From: Octopus vulgaris
Taxonomy: Eukaryota
Length of the DNA stretch: 64,000 bases
Direction of reading: 5' to 3'
NCBI GenBank assembly: GCA_951406725.2
Contig: OX597836.1
Coordinates: forward strand, 24,924,001-24,988,000
Below are positions 51,080-64,000 of the stretch, piece by piece; position 1 is the stretch's first letter, and each line of letters starts with the position of its first letter. The translations under genes and the position numbers were made by a program. Under the pieces are notes generated by a model. It did no database searches, was not told the origin of the DNA, and saw only the letters and a list, made by a program, of their open reading frames with translations.

Positions 51080-51288
51080 TTTGATCATCTTGTTGTAGTC
51101 GAGGGCTCTTCGTTGACGCCCGACACCACTGGGAGGTGGCCCTCGAAGTCGCTGGAAATGGAGATCTCCAGGTCCAAATTCTTGAACGGCTGTGCCGGGT
51201 GGTGATGGTGGTGGTATTCTGGCATTAAACAGTAGCACCCCTTCACAACCCTTAACACTCTCTCATGGAATTTTGACCCCTTTTCCAT
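51080..51288 (-). other. GC-rich, coding-like unique island (candidate exon; reading frame uncertain)
   Basis: All three minus frames are open across about 51090-51218: YHHHHHPAQPFKNLDLEISISSDFEGHLP..* or IPPPSPPG..GVGRQRRALDYNKMIK; acceptors at 51288 (ttttag|atg) and 51218 (gccag|aat). Confidence 0.4.
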
Positions 51289-52569
51289 CTAAAATTGTGA
51301 TGTTTTCTTTCAGTTCATCATCTTCGTTTGTTAGACAACAAAACCTGTCAAAATCTGAGGCTAACAATTGATCGTAAATCGCAAGTTATTGTACCTTTCT
51401 CAGCCTGTCATGGCTTACCAGCGTTAATTGATTAGGTGAATGACTAAACGTTATGTTTGGAATGCTATACTACAAATCACCTGACGAGTTGGGGTTGTGA
51501 ATCATTCTATCCTTTGGCGAGGCAATGAAAAAAAAAAAAAAAAAAAGGATGTAAGCGTTTCTTAAGCTCCAGGAGGGGATTCATTTTAAGGCCTAGTGTT
51601 TAGCTGCGGTCTCATTTTATTTATTTATTTTATTTTTACTTGCTGGGTCTGGATGAAGGAGCAGCGCCATGCGCATTAGTTAGTCCTTTGAGATCCGTGA
51701 TCAGAATGCTGTTTATCATCATCACCATCATCATCGTCGTCGTCATCATTTAACGTCCGTTTTCCATGCTGGCATGGGTTGGACGGTTCGACAGGAACTG
51801 GCAGGCTGGAGGGGCTGCATCAGATTCCAATCGTCTGTTTTGTCATGATTTTTACGTGTGGACGCCCTTCCTAGGAATAATACCAACTACTTTACAGAGT
51901 GTACTACTGGGTGCTTTGAATGTGACGCTGGCACGGATATTCTTTACGTGGCGCTAGCACAGGTGCATTTTAAAGTGTTGCAGATCAGCCCTTGTAGGAA
52001 AATCCTGAACAGGGAGTAGATTCCAGTGGGGCCAGTGTTTTGAGGGGTAAAAAACTGAAAATAATGGCTAGTGCGTTCTTTGTAAGCCACGTCATTTCCA
52101 TGTATTGTACAAGTGCAGCACATTGACGACGCTACAACAAAAGTCTTTCTGATTAAGCTTTAGTTCTCCAGCTACATGGTGGTGGTGGTGGGGGGGGGTA
52201 CCTTGTAAGACTACATGACTCAATACTTCATTTCTTTCTAAGAGTGTTTGAACTCTGGATTGAATTTGCTTGTTGTGCCTTCAGGGATCAATGATTGAAC
52301 CAGAATAGTTTAGATTTAGGGTTTCCATTGGTTATGGTTGACTGTGTATCTGCACATGTATTCTGCAGCCCAGAGCAAGTTTATTTATTTCTTGGAAGAT
52401 TGGCCGTTGTCCGTGCATGTGACTCTTCCCCACCTCCGTATCACCAATGTTTATCCGAGGGAAAAGTTGCCAAATTGACCTGGTGTTGTAGGATACCAGT
52501 GTCACTACAGGGGTGGGCCTTAGAACCCAATGATACATACCTGTGACAGTTCTGTCAATCTGCTGCCCT

Positions 52570-53075
52570 GGTTCAAATTCTGTTGAGGTCAACTTTGCCT
52601 TTCATCCCTCTCGAGTTGATAAAGCATAGCATCAGTGAAGTACTGGGGGTAGTCAATGCAGCTGACTACCCCCTGCTTCTCTGCCTTGTACCAAAATTCG
52701 AAACTATTCTTATTACTAAGTTGGTGAGTTAGAATCTTTAACATGCTGGACAAAATTCTTGGTGGTATTTCTTCTGACTTTCCATTCTGAGTTCAAATTC
52801 CACTGAGGTTGACTTGGCCTTTCATAAGTACCAGGTGGACCCTGGGGTTGGTGTAATTCACTGACCCCCCCTCCCCTAAAATTTCAGGCCTTGTTATCAA
52901 GGTAGTAATCTGGCAGAATCGTAAGCATAGCAGACATCTTTACATTTTGAGGTCGGCTTTGCCTTTCATCCTTTCAGGAGTCATTAAAATAAGTACCAGT
53001 TAAGTACTAGGGTCAACGTAATTAACTTACTTCCTCCCTTAAAATTGCTGGCCATGTGCCAAAATTTGAACCCAT
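52570..53075 (+). mobile_element. Cluster of degenerate SINE family B copies
   Basis: Three Meta-like cores. Confidence 0.75.
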
Positions 53076-54324
53076 TTTTCTTATTACTATTATTATTATC
53101 ATTATTATTATTTTTATTATTATTATTTAAATGGTTAAATGTCTAAATCTAAATCAATGAATTATTATTGTTAATATTGCTGGAATGTGTCTCTTTCTGT
53201 TGTAGATGTTGTTCTGGTTGTTGTGGTTGTTGTCATTAATTATTGATGGACTGTCTGTTCCAGCTGTTAACCTCATCTTTTATACAAACCACAAAACACA
53301 AGGTTAACATTCCAAACAATTCAAAGATGTTAATATTCCATTATTGTATTCTTTGAATTGTTTTTCGTTCCTGCTTCATAATCCTAGATAGGCTTTTTAC
53401 TGTGTTGGGGGAGGGAGGAGAAGTTTTTATACAGTGGTGGTAGTGGCTGTGATGGTATTCCTATATTGTCACTATTCTCATTGGAAAAAGCCACCAATTA
53501 TCTCTTCTGGCTGCAGATTTGCCAGATTAATCTATTTTTTTTGTGTGTGTTTTCCTTTTTTTTTTTTATACAAAAGTAGCATAAAATTTTCAAAAAGTTG
53601 CAAATTGTGTTAGAAAGACCACTATGAAAATTTTACTTCGTAAATTATATATATATATATTTACATGTGTATGTATGTGTGCATGTATGTATATGTGTAT
53701 GTGTGTGTATATATATGTGTATATGCATCCAGCTGTAGAAACTTTGCCAGATCAGAATGGAGCCTGGTGCAGCGTTCTGGCCTGCCAGCCCTCATTCAAA
53801 CTGTCCAACCCATGCCAACATGGAAAGTGGACGTTAAACGACAATGATGATAATGATGACACACACATGCACACGAACATGGAGCATGCTGGGCAAAATA
53901 CTTAGCAGCATTTTGTCCATCTGCATGTTCTGAGTTCAAATCCCGCCCAGGTCAACTTTGCCTTTTATCCTTTCAGGGCTCGACAAAATACGTACAAGTT
54001 GAGCACTAGGGGTTGATGTAATTGACCTATCTCCTCTTCCCTCACATTTTACTGGCCTTGTGCCAAAATTAGAAACCAATATTAAGAGTGGGGCTTGAAC
54101 TCTGACTGCTCAGGTCTGGCACAGATATCACAAGACCTCTTACCATCCTGGTTTGGTACTTAATTTTATCAACCTTGAAAGGATGAAAGGCAATGTTGGC
54201 CTCGGCAGGATTTGAACTCAGCAGAATGTTGTAACAAATGCTGCAAGACTTTCCATTATCCAACACCCTAAACACCTCTGCCAATTTGTTGCTGTTGAAT
54301 ATAGTCTTTTTTATTCTTTCTTGT

Positions 54325-54526
54325 ATTCTTTTCTTTGTTTCAGTCATTTGACTGTGGCCATGCTGGAGCACCACCTTTTGTCGAACAAATCGACCCCGGG
54401 ACTTATTCTCCGTAAGACCAGTACTTATTCTATTGGTCTTTTTTGCCAAACTGCTAAGTTACGGGGACGTAAACACACCAACGACGATAGTCAAGTAATG
54501 GTGGGGGGACAAACACAAATAAACAC

Positions 54527-54573
<47 letters not shown>

Positions 54574-54654
54574 TATATATATATTTCTTTATTGCCCACA
54601 AGGGAGATAAAGTACGATTTATTCGTGATCAGAGTTGTTCGAAAACCGAGGCTC

Positions 54655-54696
<42 letters not shown>

Positions 54697-54855
54697 CAGG
54701 CTTCTTTCAGTTTCCATCTCCCAAATCCACTCACAAGGCTTTGGTTGGCCCAAGGCTAGAGTAGAAGACACTTGCCAAAGGTGACACACAGTGGAACTGA
54801 ACCCAGAACCATGTAGTTGGTAAGCTAGCTACTTACCACACAGCCACGCCTGCAC
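54325..54855 (-). mobile_element. SINE family A with a small insert in its TA tract
   Basis: Family consensus; foreign segment at 54582-54658. Confidence 0.85.
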
Positions 54856-55248
54856 CTATAATTATATTTATCCTTAGAACCAGGTGTGGTTTCAGGTGGA
54901 TTTGTATCAATGAGGTTAGATATTCTATGATTATAGTCTGTGACCATGTTGTGTACTCTAATATTGTGATGACTGTCAGGGCATATCATATCTATTTGCT
55001 TGTTCAAAGGTTGCTCTGATAATTTATATTTTATTCAAACACATTGTCATGTTGTTTATCCCTAGGCTGACTCCAATCTTGCAGACCTGTGATCAAAGAT
55101 CTAGCTGTGGTTATACTATTGGTTTTGTCATCCTTCTTAACACCACCTCACCCCCACCCGGTCAACCGGGCCTTCTTAACATCATACGCCCCTGGGAAAA
55201 TCAATGTACTGAGGCCTTATGGTAGTTACTTATTCACAGTAAGCCACA

Positions 55249-55500
55249 GTGGAGGCATGTGGCTCAGTGGTTAGGGTGTTGGACTCGTGATCATAAGATT
55301 ATGGTTTCAATTCCTGGACCAGGCAACATGTTGTATTCTTGAGCAAAACATTTCATTTTACATTGCCCCAGTCCACTCAGCTGGCAAAAAGGAGTGACCC
55401 TGCAATTGACCAGCGTCCTGTGCTGGTGGGGAATTTACGTCCCTTGAAACTGAGAAATTGGCCCTTATGAGTCTGTATGACTCGAGATGGTAATTTTGCC
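55249..55500 (+). mobile_element. tRNA-derived SINE (family D-like)
   Basis: gtggaggcatgtggctcagtggttag head, ggtttcaattcc B-box, ccagtccactcagctg core. Confidence 0.7.
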
Positions 55501-55791
55501 TTTTTTTATGTTTTAGTAAGCCATAGCATATATAGATCAGAATTGGGCCCCTAGACCTTTAGGGCCCTCAGGCAAAAGAATTCAAGGTAATTTGTTTTGT
55601 TAGGGGTATCATTTCAGAAGACCCCATGGACCACAGTGTGCTGATGACAGCTTTAGATGTTCCTCCTGTGGGTTTAAAGAGTATTATAGAGCTTAACAAT
55701 TATCTTGGGAATGGTGATTGATATTGAAACCAAGAAAGAATTGTGAAGGAGGCCAATGAAACAGTTTCAGTGCCATTTAGCTAAATTTTCT

Positions 55792-56422
55792 CCTTTACTC
55801 TTTACTCTTTTACTCTTTTACTCGATTCCGGGACTTATTTTTTTGTAAGCCCAGTACTTATTCTATCGGTCTCTTTTGCCAAACCGCTAAGTGACGGGGA
55901 CATAAACACACCAGCATCGGTTATCAAGCAATGCTAGGGGGACAAACACAGACACACAAACACACACGCATATATATATAGATACATATATATGACGGGC
56001 TTCTTTCAGTTTCCGTCTACCAAATCCACTCACTTGTTTCAGTCATTTGACTGCGGCCATGCTGGAGCACCGCCTTTAATCGAGCAACTTGACCCTGGGA
56101 CTTATTCTTTTGTAAGCCAGGTACTTATTCTATCGGTCTCTTTTGCCGAACCGCTAAGTAACGGGGACATAAACACACCAGCATCGGTTGTCAAGCAATG
56201 CTAGGGGGACAAACACACACACAAACACACACACGCATATATATATATACATACATATATACGACGGGCTTCTTTCAGTTTCCGTCTACCAAATCCACTC
56301 ACAAGGCTTTGGTCGGCCCGAGGCTATAGTAGAAGGCACTTGCCCAAGGTGCCACGCTGTGGGACTGAACCCGGAACCATGTGGTTGGTAAACAAGCTAC
56401 TTACCACACAGCCACTCCTGTG
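55792..56422 (-). mobile_element. SINE family A tandem (partial plus full)
   Basis: 55792-56031 partial copy joined directly to the 56031-56422 copy. Confidence 0.88.
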
Positions 56423-57197
56423 CCTTTGGAGAGCATGAAGAATAACATTTAGGTACACAGTGAAAAAACCGGAGTTCTTCTTTTTAACTTCGTTCTCTCT
56501 GTCTCTTGCTTTCTTGAGAACAATGCTAGAACTGGATTATTCTTTGAAAATGGAATTTCTTTTCTGCTTTGTCTTTTGCCATTGTTTTCTGTTTTCCTTT
56601 TTTCCCTTATTCATTTATGTTTCAGTAACTCACATTCTGTACCTGTTTCTATGGTAACAAACTAAAGCACCAAAGCCATCTTCCTTTGACATTAACAGAA
56701 GATTTTACCAAATGTTGCATGAAGTATAAGAAGATTCCACTTTAGCTTTACCTTGAAAGAATATCTAAAGAATTTACCATATTTCTGTATGGTTCTGTCA
56801 AGCAAGGATTTTTGTATATCAAATATGGAGCTTAGTTAGAAAAATGTGATGCTCTCACCCCTGTTCAACCCTGTATACATAGGAGGAGTAAAATTTGTTC
56901 AGGGGTTGCAAACCTGAGTTCAAAATGTTTTTACAAGAAAGGTTTGGAAAAAATTTGTAAAATTTTATAGGGTGCACTTGCACTATCTACACTCCTTGTT
57001 CCTGGGTGTATAGTCACACCACCACCACCACCACCACCAAAGGGAAAAAAATAAGCTGTATTTCCAAATATTTAGGTCCAAAGTCTTCTACAACATTCTC
57101 CAGTCATAATTAAATTGAAAAATGAAGCTTTTTCAGAAACTGTTTACATGGGGGTGGGGTTAAGGTGTTAACCTTCATTACATGATTGTAGGGACAT

Positions 57198-57413
57198 GAG
57201 GTGCTGAAAAGTCCCTGGTTTTGAGTAAAAGAAAATACTGGAGGATCAGTTAATTATGATTTTATTTAAAATATTCTCCTCTCAGATTCACAAGCTTATT
57301 GTAGAGGTCCTTCAATTTTTCTAAGCCCTGTAAAAGAAGTTGGAATCGTTGGGCCATTTGCGATATCCTTAAAACCAGGAATGTGTCTGCATGCGCTTGT
57401 GTGTGTGAGTGCA

Positions 57414-57461
<48 letters not shown>

Positions 57462-57694
57462 CATATACATATGCATATATATACATACATACATGGGGGG
57501 ATGCTGAAAAATTCCTGGCTTTGGGTAAAAGAAAACACAGAAGCATCATTTAATTATGATTTTTATACAACACATTCTCCTCTCAGAAGTGGTCCTTCAG
57601 CTTTTCTAAGCCTTGTAAAAGAAGTTGGAAGGTTGGGACTCCAATGAGGCCTTTCATGAAACCCTTAAAGCCAGGAATTTTACAGCATCCCCTC
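57198..57694. mobile_element. Two mariner-type MITE copies (57198-57381, 57494-57694)
   Basis: TIR ggatgctgaaaa.ttcctggctt / aagccaggaattttacagcatccc. Confidence 0.8.
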
Positions 57695-58081
57695 GTTAAA
57701 ATTTGGTGTAACCACACACACACACACACACATACGCATGCTCATATACATATATACAAAAATGTGTATAAATGTTCACATACATACACATGACCACAGC
57801 TGCATCAATACATACATTCATCTGTCTAGACAGTCATTATTGCATTTATACATTTGTATTGTCATCTTTTCAATTCCCCCCACAACCACACACGATTTGA
57901 TGTAATTGTATATCTACACACACACACACACATATCCACACATGAATTGACACCAACATAACTATGTTTCTGTTTTTTTTCACCCTATATTTTTGTCTAT
58001 GCAAGTGGGGTGGTTGGTACCTGTTGGAGAAATTCCTACCTGGCCACAGCTCAACCATGAAATAGGGAGGGTAATACTTAC

Positions 58082-58120
58082 CTGGAATTTTTAGTTGTTG
58101 TTTCTTATTATTCAAGCAAA
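58082..58120 (-). other. Candidate 39-nt exon (phase 1/1 or 5' UTR) of the minus-strand gene
   Basis: ttgtcttcttgctccag|tttgc...attccag|gtaagtat; the donor is fully complementary to the U1 5' end; the single open frame gives CLNNKKQQLKIP. Confidence 0.5.
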
Positions 58121-58159
58121 CTGGAGCAAGAAGACAATAAACAAAATTATGCTTTAGAA

Positions 58160-58650
58160 CAGGGGTGGGGAAAATTTTTTGTGTTGTGGGCAAAAATTTC
58201 CAAAGCAAAAGGTCTGCGGGCATATCACAAGTTCTCTTATATCTGTGCAAATCTCGTATATATCTATGCATAATTCGGTATACATTAATAAAGATAAGTT
58301 TAACACAAATTAACATATAACATCTTCATTAATGCCACCTCTGAATTTAGGATGTTTATATTATATATGAGATCTTCCATATTTTCAGCTCGATTGTTGC
58401 TGGGTCTCAAGGGAGTGGTATAAACCTAGCAGTATGTGTTTTATAGTAATCACAAAATTTCCATTCAAATGGCAATTACTGGATGGTTTTGGTTGAGTCT
58501 AACCATTTTAAGTCGCAGTGGAAACACAAAAGGGCATAAGTATATTGTATAAATTTTATAATTAAAAAATTTACTATATTTTGTATATATGAGTGTATAA
58601 TGGGCCCGTGGGCACAATTGCGCCCACAGGCAGGGGTTTCCCCACCCCTA
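58160..58650. mobile_element. hAT/Charlie-like non-autonomous element
   Basis: TIR caggggtggggaaa / tttccccaccccta; 8-bp TSD ctttagaa / ccttagaa. Confidence 0.8.
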
Positions 58651-58893
58651 CCTTAGAATTGGAACACAATGCTTTTGTCAGATTTGAACATACAAACATG
58701 TGGTGTGTACACTTTATCACTTTAATGTTTGTCATTGTGGAACATGTATGTACTCATGCATACACACATGTATATAGATATGTGTGTCTAAATTAGCATA
58801 TGCTAATTTAGACACGCATACACAACCAGCATACATTATATATATATATGCATACATTACATATGTATATTATATAAACATACCTAACGTATA

Positions 58894-60096
58894 CAGAGTA
58901 TTCAGGCTAAGTTTGACAATTTGCATAAAAGAAAGAGAAAATACATATCTTACCCCCAAAATAAAAATATTTTGAAGACCTCAAAAAATACCAGCTAGAT
59001 TCATCATCATCATCATCATTTAACGTCCATTTTCCATGCTAGCATGGGTTGGACGGTTCGACCAGGGTCTGGTAAGCCATGGAGGCTGCACCAGGCACTA
59101 GTCTGATTTGGCAGTGTTTCTACAGCTGGATACCCTTCCTAACACCAACCACTCCGTGAGTGTAGTGGATGTTTTTTACGTGCCACCGGCACAGGGGCCA
59201 GAGCAGGCTGGCAAACAGCCATGATCAGTTGCTGCTTTTACGTGTCACCGACACGGACCAGTTGGGCGGCGCTAGTATCTGCCACATTCGGACGGTGCTT
59301 TTTATGTGTCACCGGTACGGGTGTCTTAACTACAATTTCCATTTGAATTTTTATTTTGATGCTGACGATTATGGCTGGGATATAACTGTTTATCCCAAAT
59401 AGCCACTCTCAGCTTCCACCATGGCCTCAAGACAGCTCTGGAACCCAGCGCATGTGTTCCTCACTGTGTCCCTGGGAAGATCTTGGCCAGCAGCTCAGCC
59501 TTGGAATTTCAGGCAGAGGAGCTGGTGTCTTTCTCAGCCATGGCCCACATATAGTAATCAATGGGATTACAATTAGGGGAATCAGGAGTGCAGAAATTGG
59601 GGCTGGGGAAGTCATAGAAATTTTCCAAAAATCATTTTTTCTGGAAGTATGGCAAGGGACCAAATCCAGCAGCAACCCTCTCCACCCAGGGATTGATTAG
59701 TCTCGAGCAGCTTCACATAGTTATCTGAACTGAGTCTGAGGCTTTGTTCAAAGATATGAGGACACAGTCAGAACGACTGTTATGTCCCTTTTTCCTGGCT
59801 ATGGTTTTGTAGTCTCTGTTGCAGCTGTTCATGTCATGTGTTACAGCATTTCCAGTGTTCACAGAGCATTGGGCAGCAGTCATAATGTCGGCATTTTGAC
59901 ACTTTCACAAATCGTCATGATACAGATCACTCTTTCCCAATATTCAAATGGTTTCCAATCCTCCACATCAGCTAACTTTTCCTCAACTACAACTTTAATC
60001 CTTATGCTCTCCAACACCATTGACTAATCACCAATACATCAAGCTGTTTCTGGAAAAAGGTGACAGAAAATTGTCAAATTTAGCTCAAATGCCCTG
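58894..60096 (-). mobile_element. maT-like (DD37D) element relic with SINE C inserted (about 59001-59370)
   Basis: TA-flanked TIRs cagagtattcaggctaagtttgacaat / cagggcatttgagctaaatttgacaat; broken PCHTSRK..FYDFTSPNF..PDSPNCNPIDYY motif. Confidence 0.8.
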
Positions 60097-60131
60097 TATT
60101 ACATACATAACATAAATAACAACATCTACAA

Positions 60132-60346
60132 GAGGGTTGCTGAAAAGTTCTTGGCTTGAAGGGTCTCGCAAAATGCCTGGTTGGAAGCCCAGCCTTCCAA
60201 ATTCTTTTACAGGGCTTAGAAAAAACTGAAGGACCATTGCAATAAGTGTGTGAATCTGAGAGGGGAATATGTTGGATATAACCATAATCAACAGATCTTC
60301 CTGTATTTTCTTTTACCCCCACTCTGGGACTTTTCAGCATCCCCTC
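60132..60346. mobile_element. mariner-type MITE
   Basis: Reverse-oriented copy of the 57494-57694 family. Confidence 0.82.
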
Positions 60347-60502
60347 ATATACGTACATTACATAGATATGTACAATCATATATTACATACATATGTCTTT
60401 AACTAGTTTCACCTCAAGGGCTGGAGCTATATTGGGGCACCACCGTTACATACATACATACATGATATGCAATTATACATACATTGCATATATAAAGTCA
60501 TT

Positions 60503-60803
60503 GTTGTTTGTTCCTTTTCAAGCCATCCCTGACTCATAGGGGCCAGCTTCCCAGTTTCATTGGCGTATAAGTTCCCCACCTGGACGGGACGCCGGTCTGT
60601 TGCAGGCGAGCTGCTAGATGCAAGAAGAGTGAGAGAAAGTTGTGACGAAAGAGCCAGCAGAGGTTCGCCATGACCTTCTGCTGGAGCTGCGTGGAGCTTA
60701 GGTGTTTCGCTCATAAAAACACACATTGCTCAGTCTGAGATTCAAACCTGTGATCCCTCGACTGCAAGTCCACTGCTCTAACCACTAGGCCATATGCCTC
60801 CAC
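60503..60803 (-). mobile_element. tRNA-derived SINE (family D)
   Basis: Minus strand gtggaggcatatggcctagtggttagagc..ggtttgaatc head; (aac)n-type tail. Confidence 0.8.
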
Positions 60804-61925
60804 ATATAAAGTCACACATTACATATACACGATTGCACAACATCTTTAATTTCACAAATCACACGACCATACTGAAGCTCTTTCATTGACCTTCGTCATT
60901 GAAGCAGGTGGATGAAGTAAGTCATTGGAAAATTAAGTGGAGGGACCAAGGATTTGGACCGGTAGCTCAATATAAGTTGGTATTTCTGAATGGCACGACT
61001 AACGAAAAATTACTTGGGACTTTTTGTAGCAATGATGAGTCATTTCTCGTGCGGCCCGCTTCTCGATGAAGGTTACCCACGTCCGCCCTAGATAATATCC
61101 ACTCGGTCATTTCAACTATAATTGCCATTTAAAAAAAAACTTTCTTTGCCACTTTTCTCCTGCTCTGTTGTTGGCTGTATGGTTGACAGGGCAGGGGCTG
61201 TTGCAATACCTTGCCAACAGAGCGACCCCCTCTCTCTCCCCCCACACCACATTACACAGTCATGGGTTTGAAACTCGTGATTTCTGAAGTCAAGAAATAA
61301 CATCTACTTACTTTAAACCCCCTGCCAATTGTGACACTCCCCAACTACACAAATATTCCATATTACACACACACACACACGTAAGCATTTCTATGTTATG
61401 TAAACATCTTATTCACACACGCACATATATCTCTATGCGTATATATATATATGTGTGTATGTGTATGTGTGTATACACACGCACACATTGAATTTGTTAG
61501 CTGTGTTGGTATTTTAGAAGGTTCCGTTATCATCAATCACAGAGGCATATATACACTGATACACATATACACATACACACACGGCGACCGATAGATAACA
61601 AGTTGACTTCAAAGTTATCATCGCTTGAATGATAAAGGCATGACTGGAACCGAGGCACGCGTTGGTGTACGTGTATAACACACACACTCACAAACACATA
61701 CACAGAGTAATGCAGTAGTCCTTACACATACACACAAAAAAGTTTAGCAGACTGGCTAAGTTCTCACAATTTGAATATATTACACGGAAGCAGGAGACAC
61801 GCGCTCTCTTTACCACATGCACACGGTCATTAATTGTAACATAGGCACAAGTCTTCGTCTGCTGTTTATAATCCTATTTATATTCTAAGAAAGCTTTATA
61901 GGAATATTAAGATCGTCTCCAGCAC

Positions 61926-62617
61926 GGAATGTTTTTCACCCCAAATGGAGGTCAGCGATTGGTTAAAATTGCCGAAACGCTCGAAATTAAAGTCGAAATA
62001 CGTTACAACATTTAGAATTTTCTCAATAAAGCAAAGAAAAAAATGATGTTTTATAAACACATTCTACCAGTATATGAAGTTTAAAAGTGTTTAGTTAACT
62101 AGAAATTGTGTTGAAAAACTGCCGTTCAAAAGGAAAAGATCCCGACTCCATAACTTAACTAGTCCTTTATTTTTATCGACTCCAGAAGAATGAAAGTCAA
62201 AGTTAACCTCGGCAGTATTTAGAAGGGCTGTAACTAAACACCACGAGGTATTTTGCCCAACCGTCTAGTAATGGGTCTAGTAATGAAACAACTCTCCCTG
62301 TGTCTCTCTCTCTCCGATATTCTGTTTTCGATTGAAGCATTTTATTGGCGTTACTTTTAGTAAACAGTAATGAAAGTAAAGCCAGGACTATAGTTGTCTG
62401 GATGGTACTAGGGTTAGGGTTAGCTAAATAGAGGGCATAGGATTGGTTAAAATTCGAAAAATTAAACTACGTTAAACAAACAAATTACAATTTTCTCAAG
62501 AAAGCCAAGAGAAAAAAAATGTTTTATTTTGACACATTCTACCAGTATACGAAGTTTAAAAGTGTTTAGTTAACTAGAAATTGTGTTGAAAAGTGCCGTT
62601 CAAAAGGAAAAGATCCC
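61926..62617. mobile_element. Two copies of a repeat end (61926-62142 and 62440-62617)
   Basis: Shared cacattctaccagtata..gccgttcaaaaggaaaagatcc. Confidence 0.7.
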
Positions 62618-62619
62618 TT

Positions 62620-62960
62620 GTGGATTTGGAGAAAGGGTTCGTGTTACGAAAACTAGAATAGTCTTTGGTTGAGAAAAAGTCCTGTTTATTGAGTAGACTG
62701 TTTTACGGGGAGTATCTTGTGGGTAGGCACATGTAAGGGTGTCTAGAGTTATGAGATTTATGAAGTCGTTTGATGAGCAAGGATGGGCAGAATTAGTTAT
62801 TTATGAACTCTAGTGATTTATTTATAATGTGGTTTACGAGCTCCATAACGTGTGTGTCAACAAAGACATTTTCAATTAAGTGGTGGTGGGTTAACGGTTT
62901 GTTTCTGTCAGCTGTGAATCCAAATAAACCTTTGCTAACGTGACAGTAGAGCTCAAAAGA
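62620..62960 (-). mobile_element. Possible highly decayed Penelope RT fragment
   Basis: Weak motifs PLTHHHLI, NLIT and a frameshifted PKIHK-like ccaaatccacaag. Confidence 0.25.
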
Positions 62961-64000
62961 ATTAAGAAAACAAGAGATTTTTTCAACCTTCACCCTCCTA
63001 AGAACAACAAAAAAATATCCTATGCCCTGTCAATGTATTATCTATATAAATTTGCATTATAAAACTAGTTTGTTGAAATTATTGCTCGTCTTGCGACGAT
63101 AAAAATCAGTTCAAAATTCGCAAATTTTGAGCGAGTTCATGAGTTTTAGTTTTACGGGGAGACCTCATTTTTGCCCCCTCGAAGGGACATTTACCCATAA
63201 AGAGACACCGCCTGTCTCCATGGACTTATTGAATTTACAGATATTTTTGCCCAACTGGGACAGTATGTATCATATACGTAACCAGGAGTGGGGCTTGTCA
63301 AGTTTGGACGCCCTCGACTCCCCAAGAGCTACAGAATTATTAATGCCATCGTAAGACGTGCTATGGGCGCAAGGACTTTATTAGATCCTTGGGCCCATGA
63401 GGGAAAGCCATATGGGAACACAGTTTAATACAGGGTTGAGATGAGGTCTGTTTCTTTAACACAGCTCTTGGGTCCACTAGCATCTAAAAATGGATAATAA
63501 GCACGTACATTCAACCACAAATTAGACGGCAGGTAGTGGATCCATTTTAATAATTGGGAACCTTTTTGATCAAAAGCTAAATACACCAGTGTGTGTAACG
63601 GACCCTCGTTTTCCAGTATGACTAGCTATTCTTTCTATAGTGTTTACTTCTTATGAACCTCCGCTATAGCTTGATTTAGTTGTTTGCTATTTTACTGGCA
63701 AATGACTTGGGTTTTTATTGTCTGACTTATAAAAAAAAATCTAATTAAACCAGCAGACACAACCATCCCAACTGACTTCCTTTTTTGCATGAGGACTATG
63801 TTGTCTATTTTGGATTTCTAAGTGAAGCACAAAGTCTCGTATTTTAGGGAAGGGTTTAGTTTTTTATCTGGGTATTGTTAGTTATTTTATAAATCCCAGA
63901 AGGGTTGAAAGGCAAAACTGACCTCGGTGGTGAGTGTTTTGAATTGGGAGTTTAAAAAAAGCTTAACTAAATATCTCGAGTCACTTTTCAGGTATGTAAT

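Noticed and set aside
51085-51170. PAK-like CRIB motif (EISISSDFEGH) and TGF-beta-like RQRR-ALD
   Set aside because: The CRIB Pro and His spacing is missing and no cysteine-knot sequence follows; the matches are too short to assign homology.
58074-58085. ATACTTACCTGG, the 5' end of U1 snRNA
   Set aside because: The match stops after 12 nt; it is better explained as a perfect minus-strand 5' splice site.
62409-62422. TTAGGG telomere-like repeats
   Set aside because: Only about two units, adjacent to an interspersed repeat.
63127-63430. Protein-like open frames in unique sequence
   Set aside because: No recognisable homology, no consistent splice sites, and interrupting stop codons.

Overview
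AT-rich, repeat-dense eukaryotic DNA. The SINE, MITE and microsatellite content looks like a coleoid cephalopod (Octopus-like) genome; this is inferred from recalled repeat families and was not verified. The only confidently identified gene is the 3' end of puromycin-sensitive aminopeptidase (NPEPPS, M1 family, ERAP1_C region): six GT-AG exons on + at 523-5344. Most of the rest is a mosaic of tRNA-derived SINEs (at least 4 families), LINE 3' fragments (R4/Dong, RTE with C2H2 fingers, CR1-like), DD37D/maT and mariner relics, piggyBac-like and hAT MITEs, a Helitron, and long simple repeats. Almost all ORFs in the supplied track are translations of repeats. The best leads are: (1) a possible unannotated minus-strand spliced gene whose small exons (47326-47360, 18603-18694, from 10606) join in frame into a 52-aa peptide, with further candidate exons at about 51.1 kb and 58.1 kb; (2) several Penelope/retrozyme-like insertions carrying hammerhead-ribozyme cores, sitting in (TA/CA)n tracts; (3) a (TAA)n-centred nest of R4/Dong elements and SINEs; (4) an intronic hairpin of about 68 nt. 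No prokaryotic-type system (CRISPR, operon) is present.
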